Source: Octopus sinensis
Taxonomy: Eukaryota
Assembly (NCBI RefSeq): GCF_006345805.1
Contig: NC_042999.1
Location: 29,202,001 to 29,266,000, forward strand
DNA length: 64,000 bases
Reading direction: 5' to 3'
Shown here one piece after another: positions 1 to 10,850 of this stretch (position 1 is the stretch's first letter; every line of letters begins with the position of its first letter). The notes beneath the pieces are model-generated. The model had not been told where the DNA came from, did no database searches, and worked only from the letters and a program-made list of their open reading frames with translations. The position numbers were made by a program, and so were the translations under genes.

Positions 1-2721
1 AGTTTCTGCTGGTTGTGATGCTGCAACAACTCCTACTTTTTCTTTTTACTTTCATCATAATCTTTTGTAATTTTATCATTTTCATCAACATTGTTATTAA
101 AATCGTTATTAATTTTATTATTATTTACTTGGAGTAGAATATTTAAATTGGTGCAAAAAGTAGTTAATTAAATTTCTTGTTGCTTTCTGCTCAGTTTCTG
201 TGTCAGCCGCTCACTAATTAATGCTTGCTTTAATTGAATTCTTACGACACGCACGATTTCTGATAGAGATGTGCCATCATTTTAAATGCTTTTGTAGCTG
301 TCAGTGATTAATTCCATGATATTAGTTAATGTTATACTTTATGTCAAAATAAAATTTACTTTCTTCAGTCAGACTATCTAATGAGTGAAGTGATAAAAGA
401 TATTCCACTATAGATTAACATGCCATGGTGAGAATGGGGAACCGGGTGCGAAAATTTTGTAATAAAATGATAAAGGGTATGTTTATGGTAACATTTGGTG
501 AAAAATATATAAATAAATAAATTTTCCAAGGAGTGCATGTGAAAGGAAGTACATGGTGGTGTAATACTGTTGAAAAGATTGCAAAGAAGTGGTCTGATGA
601 AAAAATAATAATTAAAGCTAAAGTGTAATATAAAAAAATAATTAATTAAAAAGAAATTAATAGAAGAAAGAAGATTTATAGCAATTTCCACTGATGTGCA
701 AAATATAAAACCCTGTGATAGATGAATGGAATATAGGGAGTATGTTTAAAAAATTCGTATAGAGATACAATTAACTTAAATATGGGAACTTCAGACAAGC
801 CTCATCATATATATATAAGATTGCCAGTAATTTTTCTGATATTAGGAAGTTTCTTTGCATACTTTCAACAGAATAACTGACATCAATTCTTAAACAATGT
901 TATTTATTTCCTAGTGTAGATATTGCAGAAATAATTTTAAAAAAACATTGCACAAAAAAGAAACATACATAATACAAAAAGAAACATTACATAACATCTT
1001 TGTTTTACATTTTAAATCATTTTGTTCAGTTTATTTGAAAATATGTTACTTCTCAATAATTTACAGCTTTGCTTGTTTTCTATTTCTACACAGTTCTTCA
1101 TTGTTATTTGATGATATCCTCCTCAAAGTTTTATCCATTTGTTTTACACTTTTATATTTTTCAGAAAAAAGAGAAAAAAGGTTGATAATATTTATTTCTC
1201 CTACCTACTGATTGTTCATACGTTTGCATTAGTTGTCTTTTCTTTCACTGCATTTCTTCTTTTGTAATCTCTTACAGCAGAACATTTGATCCTTTCTTTA
1301 AGCTGCTTGATTATTAAGAAACGTTGGTGCCTTTTATTATCATACTTCGTGCCTCACGCACGAAATATAATGATTCTTGTTTCCAAACATTGATTCATAG
1401 ATTTGTATATATATATATATATATATATATTGTATTTGTGCTATGCAGTTTTGTCTTTTACACATTCTGTGATTACTCAGATTCTCGTGTCATTTTCATA
1501 CATTCCTAATGACAGCCAATAAACAGCATTACTGTGAGCGTGGATAAGGTTTCATGCGACCATTTTTATGAACGCATAACCTTGATGTCATTTCACGTCA
1601 ATCAGGAAGAAATATACTAAAAAAGATTTCCGGCAAAGTTCGTAAGAATAAACAGCAAAATAAATCGTTGATTTAAAGTTTCTCTGCAAAAATGCATTAT
1701 ATCTCTGCATAAAAATTCTAACAGCAAATAATACAATACATGCACGTTAGATTATCTGTAACTGGAAAAACAGGATTCTAAGGAGAATGCAGTCATTCTT
1801 TCGGCAGGGCATTTCTATGCTAGCGTTCTCCTTGTGTAGGATTAGTAATTCCTGACAACATATAGACATATCTATATGTATGCGTATGTGTCCATGCGTG
1901 TGTTTGTATGCATACACCTAGATATATATGTGTGTTATATTTACGTATAACTGTATATATTTACGTATAACTGTATATAACTGTTAACGTAGTGTAATTT
2001 CTGTAAACCATTTAATGATATTTAGAGTTAATTTTTCTGTAAGTCCAATACAATATAAATTGAAATGTTAAAAGAAATGACGAACACTGGCAAATCTTAT
2101 TATTTTGAAGTTAATGCCATATATGAACGTACGATATTGAAAACAGATTATTTTTTGCTGAAGTATGTAGGCGTTATTCAGCTATTTAATGTGGAGAATT
2201 AACCTGATAATCAAATTGTCTGTTATATAATAATGCCTTCATAGTAACAGTAAAATCTCAGCTATGTCTTTCTGAGAGTGCTTTCTGCGCATGTTCTTTC
2301 GAGGAAGAAAATATTACATTTTCTAAAAATTTATAAGTGTACCACATAAGTACATGAACGGATGTTCACTCATGTGGCATTTGACCAGTGTGCACAGGTA
2401 ATAATTTATGCAACCTGAGAACATTTTAATGTTTACTTCAACTCTACGTATTACTTGTGGGAACATAGAAATAGTCACTTCATAGAAATATGGCACTCTT
2501 CGATATATATGGGTGATCAGAGTTTGATGAAATTCAATCGATGACCCTGATATTTTAGATTATTTTAAATTCCTTGACCGCTCGCGACCGAATAAGACCC
2601 ATTTCTGTGTACGTTGCATACCTGAGACAGTTAACTCTTAATCGAAGAAATCGTCTCAAGTACATAATTTTCAAAGGTACCATTTATTCTACCACCCCCT
2701 CTCTCTCCCTCTTTCAGTCTC

Positions 2722-2753
<32 letters not shown>

Positions 2754-3599
2754 ATCATAGGCGAGGCTCTCTGGTAAGACGATTGCTTCTCAGCCACATG
2801 CCTTTAGCTTCAGTTCTATTACGTGTCATCATGGGAGAGTGGTTTCTACTATGGCCGAAGGCCGACCAAAGACTTGTGAGGGCACTTGGCAGACGAAGTT
2901 CCAATGATAACATTTTTGAAAACAACTATGGCCTGAGGAACTTTCTATGACGTCAGGTTTTTTGTTAAAAAAGAATTCCATTTTCTTTTACAAAATATGT
3001 CAATTTCTCTATTAAATTATTAAATGCAATACTGGAATAAACTTACTTAAACCCAATAGTATTTATTATTCTTTATCAGACAACTTATGCAAAACGTTTA
3101 ATTACACATCTTGCGATAGTATTTCTGTGACACTGGTGTTTCCGCTACTCAAGGAACGAACTTCCACTTTGCTGTTTTATGTAAATAAATTGCATGGTGA
3201 TAGCTACCTTACAATGGCCTGCAGTAGACATCATCATGTTGGTTTTCCAACAGCCTTGATACCTAGCCTCGATGTCTAGGTTCTCGATACCTTTCTTTGT
3301 TCTCGATGTGTTGGTTGTTCTTGATGTCTTGGTTGAATCTTCCTCCTAGCTTATCACTTATTGCCGTATGACTTTCAAGGACGTAGTCCGTATGTCTGTG
3401 CACGAAATACACGCATGATGCAGCCCAGTGATCGAAAATTGGTTAACACATTTTGCACAAAATCTTCATGATTTTATGGCTTCCTTTTTCCCGGGAAATC
3501 AGATACAGGTGCATTAAAAACATTCCATGCTTCTCTTTCTATGCAAAGCAAGTTCTCCAAAAATAAATTGACCTGCAAGAGCCACTTAACATGTGGTCC

Positions 3600-3830
3600 A
3601 TCAAACACACCAAAACTATTTTCTCATAAGACTAAACTGGAAACTTTTTGCACTGTCTCAGTGTTCCAACACGTTTTGCACCCTACATGGGGTGCCAAAT
3701 ATTTATCTCGTCACTCAGTTTCATGTAAGGAGGTAAAGTAAGCTTTCTTCACATAATCCAGAATTAAGCAGAAGACATCTGAGCTCTTTTTACACACTCT
3801 TCTCTTACACCTTACCCTATATCTCAAACA
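3600..3830 (-). pseudogene. Degenerate N-terminal fragment of a DNA transposase, probably Chapaev3/CMC-like
   Basis: Minus-strand translation reads CKKSSDVFCLILDYVKKAYF...E*RDKYLAPHVGCKTC...FGV. This resembles the recalled motif C..SPD.FC...DFVKKAYFAYF...DQDKSWAPHVVCKTC of Chapaev3-type transposases. In-frame stops are present and the family assignment is from memory. Confidence 0.5.
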
Positions 3831-5382
3831 CAAAAGAGCCTTTTGACACCTGGGGAAAGCATTTTCAGAATGGTCAACAATTATAAAATAAGCAAATGCA
3901 GATTTATGATAACAAAGTTCCATGAAGAGCATAACTACCATGAAGTTCTTTTTGCAGTTCTTTGACCATGCTTGAGGAAAAGTTACCTTGATCCGTCTGA
4001 ATTCAAAATTAAAACATTAAGAGCACATTTGAAATACCAGTTTTCTTAAGAAACTGTTAAAGTTTCAACAAAACATGTAAAATCTAGTTTGTAACGATAG
4101 TCACACTAAATTAAGCAGAGAGTAGGCATATCTACATACAAATTCCATACATATGACAGGTGTGGGGTGTCAAGGACCACAAAATATGTTATTTTGTAAC
4201 ATCTAATTGTAGAAAGCATATTTCTGTCATCATCAGGACATTTGAAACTGGCTACATTGAAAATAATATAAGTTGCTTAAGTTTCATACTTTTATTTACT
4301 GACGATACGAAAATCATGTTTTGTGTTTTCACATTGAAAACTATGTCTTCAAAGTTATGGCAATCTCCATACGTGTGTTCGCATTTGATGAAGTTAAATC
4401 TATCCTTAGAAACAGTGATACTTACAGAAATGTTTAAAAATGGATATCTGAATTTGTGAAAAGTCTTGACGGGATAGAGAAAAATGACTTCTGTTTGAGC
4501 TCAACATCTCAAAACGAATAGGAAACATGTCTCCAGTATCAGTCAACACAAAGCCCTGTTTCCCAATGTAAATGATAAAGAAAACGGAAGATGGATTTAG
4601 GACGAATATTTATTCAGAATGAAGATCGTTTCGACCCATTCTGCAGCTGTTCATTAAGGGTAGAATATTGAGCATCTAGTTCTGTCATATCGATCAGTGC
4701 AGGCTGTGTCCCTTCTGGTTTTGGTGCAAATATTACCTTACTACATATGCTGAGACATCCTTGGCGTGTTGTTGTCGATCGATGTATGTGGGTACTCTGA
4801 TAGAATATACAAAGAGTTTGTGGTTGTAATCCGCAACCAGGACGAGCTATAGTTTACAACGAACATATAACATAAATTAAAGCCATGATGGATAGAGTAT
4901 TAGGCGGTCAAAATAAGTTGAAATTAACAAAGATGGGCATACTCTCGTTGACATGAACACATATATCAACGCACACAAACGTGCGCGCGATTCGCTACAA
5001 AAATGTCATTTGATGTGGTCACAAACTATCAGTATGAAGGTTATGAAACATATGCCTGTTATGTAGCACCTCACCGCGTAGCAAATTGCACAGTTAGTCA
5101 CATATTACCGCACTTTAGAAGGTTGTTCGTTGCACATGCTCAGCCGTACATAAATATATACACTTAAATTTATATTTAGCGGTTTTTTGGCACATGCAGA
5201 AACTCACTCATAATGGTGTTTATATACTTTCCTATACAGACTCATTGATATATCTCTATATGTATATATATACTTGTCCATATTGCATTCAGATTTGTGT
5301 TTATAAAAGAAGATATATAATAACAGATAACTTTATCAAAAAATTCTATGACGATAAAAACTAGACATTCCTTTCTATAATA

Positions 5383-6482
5383 TTATTCACTAATTCCACC
5401 TTCAGCTTCCACTACTGCTTCTATATGATATCTAAATAATCTACATGCTCGAATCACGTGCTCCGGGATCATTTTGGACATATATATAACTATGGCTGCC
5501 TTACAAAGAATATTTGGTCTTTGTCGACATCGCTCCACCTGTAATATTCCAATGGACTGCGATCTCGGGAATTAGGAGTCCAAATGTTAGGGGTCATGTG
5601 AAATTAACCTCCATTCCTGTCTTACTAGAGCCATATGTGTTAGTGCAGAGTCGTATTGACACACATATGGCCTTCCATAGCATACAGTGTCTATGCAAGT
5701 ATTAACAAATATATCCAGAACCTCAATGTGGGCGGCAGACTTAACTCTAAGGCTTTGTGGAAAGACGTAAGGAGGCATTACATGTACTTCAACGCTGACA
5801 ACCCCTGAAAGCATGGCACTTTCAGGAAACTTTGTATGCATAACACTTGGAACTTCAGAAGTGTCTGCACATAAAACAATCTGCCATTTCTTCTGTTAAC
5901 TTGGTCGTGTGAGAAAAAAAGAAATCAAATCTTTTTTAGCTGGAATTTTCAATTTGTTTAAGAACATTTTACATCTGATGTAGTGATCTTCGTTTACTTT
6001 TTCTTACAAATAGACCTTTCATTATTATATACGACCTGTATCGGATGTCTTCGAGGACAAAATTTCTCACTCTTCCTTCTAACACATGGAGACCTTTTGC
6101 AATTGGCCTCATGAATTTTCTGGGATGGTAATTAATAGTCTGTTGAATTTGTCTGACAAGTTCAGGTATTCTCATAATTTCAGAGTGTTTAGAATGCATT
6201 TTATGCTTTGATATAGGTAATACGTTTCAATCTTCTGTCTCTAGGTCCTGACAAACTTTTTAGACTAAAGATCTGGGAACTTTTAAAAATCGAGATATTT
6301 TTAAATCGCTATGCTCAGATTCTGTCACCACAATAACAACATGCTTCTTCATTCTTTAAGTAAGCTGAGTGTTTGCCATTATTAATCTTCTCAAAGAAAG
6401 ATTATACAGATTTAGCAAAAAATGCAACCATGAACTCCCCCCACAAAAAAAATATGGCCTCGAAAACCTTAAGCACTCTGTA
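5383..6482 (-). mobile_element. Tc1/mariner DNA transposon (maT/DD37D-like) with a decayed, nearly complete transposase (ATG 6352 to TAA 5383)
   Basis: Joined frames read MKKHVVIVV..EHSDLKISRFLKVPRS / RIPELVRQIQQ..EDIRYRSY / HTKFPESAMLSGVVSVEVHVMPPYVFPQSLRV..GRPYVCQYDSA / IWTPNSRDRSPLEYY.WS / RACRLFRYHIEAVVEAEGGISE*. There are several stops and frameshifts. A probable left end TA-CAGAGTGC lies at about 6482. Confidence 0.9.
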
Positions 6483-7770
6483 TGTATGTATGTGTATTTG
6501 TATGTATTTATGCATGTATATATATATCGATATATAGTTAAATTGATAGATTGATAAATAGAATGAAGGATACATAGATAGATAGGTAGATGTTTGTGGA
6601 GGTGGGGTGAGTCTGTTTATGCGCTTGTCTGTGGCTATGTATTCAATAAAATAATAATTTTGCTCCGTATGTGTAAATGTGAATTCGCCCCATCTAGGTT
6701 GTGGCTCCCTTTGTTAAAAGTAGTAGCAAAACATATCACAGACAACACCCCTAATAAAAGTTAAGAAGCTATTGCTCAATAGCTTTATGCTTTCGCTTCA
6801 GTAACCTTTCTTTCAGCTAATTAAGACATCCTCAGACTCGATAATTAGAATTGGAACACGTAATGTTCGTGAGTATGAAGTGATATTATTCGTTTTGTTA
6901 ATTGGAAGAATAAAAGAAACAGGATAAAATTAATAATTGGAGCCGCTGATGTAGTAAGAGTCGAAAAGGAGCATACTGAATATAAAAGGAAATAACAAAG
7001 GAGAGAAAAGTTTGGAGTGAGGGGGTGCTACGTTGAACGTGCTAACAAGGAAGGCATTATATCCCTGATTGTAGAGGAGATAGTTAATAGCTAAGAAATG
7101 AAATGAAAGCTGAGAACGAACCTACCCGCGGTGTCATAAAGGGCATGTATTAGAATCATATATATATTTTACAATTATGTATCTATCATTTTTCACAGAT
7201 AAAGGTATATATATTTCCGCTATTCATAAAAAAATATACTAGCACATGTTTCCTTCTTTGTGATTATATCTGCGTATTGATATTAGTTGATGTCATAGTG
7301 TATACAGCGAAAAAATCAGCATATTTTCTGTTGCTCTGTTGCATGTGCAGTTTCAGTGAAAGTTTAGCCGTATTTTTCATATACATGCACACACATACAC
7401 ACACACACGCACACAGACACACACACACACGCATACACATACACATATATGCATTTGTGTATGTAAGTGATGTGTGTGTTTGTTTGCACTTTGGGTTTAG
7501 GTGTATTTACGAGCGCGTTTTTTTACTGATATACAATTATATAATGTGGCATATTTATCTTGTTAGCGGCAGCAAAGTAATATTTGATAAGTCTGACTCG
7601 GGTTACACAAATATGCATATACCCATATATACGTGTGTTTGTGTTTACATATATGTATGTATATACAGTGAACCATATAATATAATGTTGATAAATTTGA
7701 ATTAGAACAAGAAATGGCAAAAGAGATGGAGAAGAAGCATAGTCAAGTTGGTGTTTCTATGTTCATTAGT

Positions 7771-8105
7771 GGAGGGGTAATGGCCCAGTGTTTAGGGCAG
7801 CGGATTGGCGGTCGTAGGATCGCAGTTTCAATTCCCAGACCGACCGTCGTGAGTGTTTATTGAGCGAAAACACCTAAAGCACCACGAGGGACTGCCAGGG
7901 GGTTGTGAAGTCCTCTGCTGCACTCTTTCACCACAACTTCTTCCTTTTTCTCTTGTACCTGTATTTTAAAGGGCCAGCCATGTCTCATTATATGTCACGC
8001 AGAATCTCCTCGAGAACTACGTTAAATTTACACTTGTCTGTAGAATACTCAGCCACTTGCACGTTAATTTCAGGAACAGTCTGTTCCGTTGATCGGATCA
8101 ACTAA
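7771..8105 (+). mobile_element. tRNA-derived SINE (family A)
   Basis: A-box-like TGGCCCAGTG and B-box-like GTTTCAATTCC in the head. The 3' part (cacttgtctgtagaatactcagccacttgcacgttaatttcagg) recurs inverted at 23830-23940. Confidence 0.8.
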
Positions 8106-8329
8106 TATTTCTCTGTGTTTGTGGCAATAATTTTACCTCACATTTGTAAAATGCCTTAGAATATTTATTTAAGGTCTTTGTATTTTACTCATAATATCAT
8201 ATTACATGGAGCCCATGAATACTGCTTGTTTGGATTTTGATTACTCACTGGTGTTGTGTTCTGGCAAAGGTGGGTAAAAGAGAAAATTGCCGCCAAGCAT
8301 ACCAATAAATGCATATTGAATTCATCTAT

Positions 8330-8870
8330 GCAACTTGTGTCAGAAATATTCGTAGTTTCATCGAAATCTAAGTAATAGCATTAAATTTATGCTCACTTTT
8401 CGTTCATTATTTTTAGCGTTATAAGGCATGTCTTGTATTCGCCGTACCACAGTATTTCTTGATAAATGAATCATAGCAATTCCTTGCTACGATGTCTCCA
8501 CGCATTGCTGAGGTAATAGTTTTGACACAATGCGGAAATAGTTCGATTACTGCTGTATATTATGTAGCATTCTTTGTTATTTTAAATGACATATCAAGCA
8601 TTGAAACAGACAGTTTTCTTATCCGTGGCATTTGCTGCGTTTTTTGCACTGGCATTCGTGGTGAACATTTCAATGGAAATATTAAGAGCTGTTCATACTT
8701 TTCCTAATGCTTCGTTCGAAATGTCGGGCGATTTAATCTGGCTTCATGCCTTTTATTGGAGAAAGTTACAAAGCACTCTCTCGTCTCATATGGCTTTCAT
8801 GGTAGCTGCATATAAATCAAATCATATTTCGTATGAAAATATTTACTAGTTTTTCCGACATGAAATTTAA
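8330..8870 (-). pseudogene. Degenerate hAT (Charlie/Buster/ZBED-like) transposase fragment
   Basis: Minus frames give GMKPD*IARHFE, IHLSRNTVVRRIQDM and LDFDETTNISDTS, matching the hAT motifs MKPSKL.RH, PLS.NTV.RRI.DM and LQLDESTD(I/V)S (first catalytic Asp). Confidence 0.75.
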
Positions 8871-9229
8871 ACTTTTCACATAATTATGCCGCTCTTTACA
8901 TGTGTTTCCGATATGCTTGCTATATTTTAAATATATTCTTCACTAGTAATCTACTCCATGCTAATTACAAGTATAACATTTCTTTTCTGTCGAAACCAGT
9001 AATAAAAATGATACGATATTTGAAAGTTTGGCCAATCAGAAACCTACGTTGCTAGCATGCCAGAAATCGAATTATATTTTTCTATTAAGTTTAAGATGAT
9101 AATTTTACGAAGCCTTAAATGATTTTTTTTCATCAATGGACACAGGGTAATGAAAATATAAGAAAGTGATTACAAAGCTGGCAAAAGAAAGAAGAATATT
9201 TAACATTTTCTTTTTATTATACACGTCTC

Positions 9230-9543
9230 CAGTTCTATATTTAAGCGATGAAGAATTATGTATATTATTTACATTATTTACATTTGACGGATATTTGCCC
9301 TCATCTTATTTGTTGTTAACACAACATTTCGGCTGATATACTCTCCAGCCTTCATCGGGTGTCTTGGGGAAATTTTGAACCTGGGTTCTCATTCCTAACG
9401 TATTTTTCAATATTTTTGTTATTATTATTATCATTATTATTATTATTATTATTGCCCTCGGGCAAATGGCGTAGTAGTTAAGAGCGCGGGCTACTAATAC
9501 TAAGATTCCGAGTTCGATTCCAGGCAGTGATATGAATAATAAT

Positions 9544-9577
<34 letters not shown>

Positions 9578-9712
9578 TCGAAAAATGCGTTAGGAAGGAG
9601 AACCCAGGTTCGAAATTTCCCGAAGACACCTGATGAAAGCTGGAGGGTGTTAACAACAAACAAGATGAGGACAAATATTCGTCAAATGTAAATAAGGTAT
9701 ACACGCCTCATT
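9230..9712 (+). mobile_element. Composite non-autonomous element: inverted tail - (ATT)n - tRNA-like head - (AAT)n - tail with hammerhead-like motif
   Basis: 9230-9415 is the reverse complement of 9573-9712. The head at 9460-9530 has A box TGGCGTAGTAG (9467-9477) and B box GAGTTCGATTCC (9510-9521). The tail carries a GACAC-CTGATGA...GAAA motif. Confidence 0.8.
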
Positions 9713-10159
9713 CATTATTGCGTCCGCTTCATCTTGTATTTGAAAGGTATTGAAATACTGCTCCTGCACAATAACATGTTTGCTTTTGTTAAAAAGCGAA
9801 TACATAAATACGGCTTGCTACACTTGTTCACACAACCTGGCAGGTGATAGGAAGCAGATGGCAGGTAATTATTGTTTTGGCTGTGAAAACTAACGAAACA
9901 ATATGAATGATATATTGATATTAACGGCTCTAAAGTCGGCAACCGATCAAAATGGTTAGAAAGCCGGATAAAATGCTTAACGGCATTTCTTCTGTGTGTA
10001 GATTTCGAGTTCAAATGTCGCTGAGGTTTATTTCACTCCTCATTATTTCGGGGTTGATAAAACAAGTACCAGTTGAACAATTGTTCAACTAGTGGACGTA
10101 ATCGATACTTCCTTCCTACGAAACTCCTGATATTATGCCCAAATTAGAAATTTATGTTA

Positions 10160-10300
10160 AGGCGGTGAGCTGGCAAAGTCGTGAGCACAGCAGACAAAAT
10201 ACTTAGCAGTATTTCGTTAGATGACGAGTTCCGAGGTTACATTCTGTCGAGGTCGACAGTACATTTCATCCTTTCGCGGACAAGAAATTAAGTACCACAT
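10160..10300 (+). mobile_element. Old copy of SINE family B
   Basis: aaggcggtgagctggcaaagtcgtgagcac...gaggtcgac...aattaagtacc is homologous to the young copy at 10331-10562. Confidence 0.7.
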
Positions 10301-10330
10301 GAGCAATGGAATCTATATATTAGACGTATG

Positions 10331-10562
10331 TGTTTCTTTATTACCCACAAGGGGCTAAACATAGAGGGGACAAACAAGGACAGACAAACGAATTAAGTCG
10401 ATTACATCGACCCCAGTGCGTAACTGGTACTTACTTTATCGACCCCGAAAGGATGAAAGGCAAAGTCGACCTCAGCGGAATTTGAACCCAGAACGTAGCG
10501 GCAGACGAAATACTGCTAAGCATTTCACCCGGCGTGCTAACGTTTCTGCCAGCTCGCCGCCT
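10331..10562 (-). mobile_element. Young full-length SINE (family B) with a 17-bp target-site duplication
   Basis: Nearly identical to 19941-20171. Flanked by the direct repeat TATATATTAGACGTATG at 10314-10330 and 10563-10579. Confidence 0.92.
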
Positions 10563-10644
10563 TATATATTAGACGTATGGCCTCCCTAATATCACTGGTC
10601 TTGCACCAACATTTTAAAGAATTATTGTTTTATATAGAGCATTT

Positions 10645-10850
10645 AGCAGGCAAAATCGTTAGCATGTCGTACAGAACGTTTAGCGGTATTTTGTTGGTTC
10701 TTGATTTCTGAGTTCAAATTCCCCCGATGATGACAGTTCGTTTTATCACTTCAGGGTTGTGGAAATAGGTACCAGTTCAGCACTGGGATAAATGTAATTG
10801 ACTCAGCCACTTCCATGATATTGTTGATCTCGTGTAAAAATTTGCAACCA
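10645..10850 (+). mobile_element. Old copy of SINE family B (variant 3' end)
   Basis: gcaggcaaaatcgttagcatg...ctgagttcaaattcc...taccagttcagcactggg is homologous to family B. Confidence 0.65.

Noticed and set aside
374-1509. ORFs of 105, 87 and 61 aa, and a strong-looking acceptor (ttttgtaatctcttacag) near 1277
   Set aside because: The ORFs are F/I/L/Y-rich products of AT-rich DNA. No recognisable frame or donor follows the acceptor.
4618-4660. Hammerhead-like remnant on the minus strand (TTAATGA...GAAACGATCTTC)
   Set aside because: The core CUGA is mutated, stem II strands do not pair and there is no GUH. At best this is a dead relic.
9460-9530. Possible tRNA gene
   Set aside because: A and B boxes are present but the acceptor stem does not close and it is embedded in a dispersed repeat, so it is treated as a SINE head.
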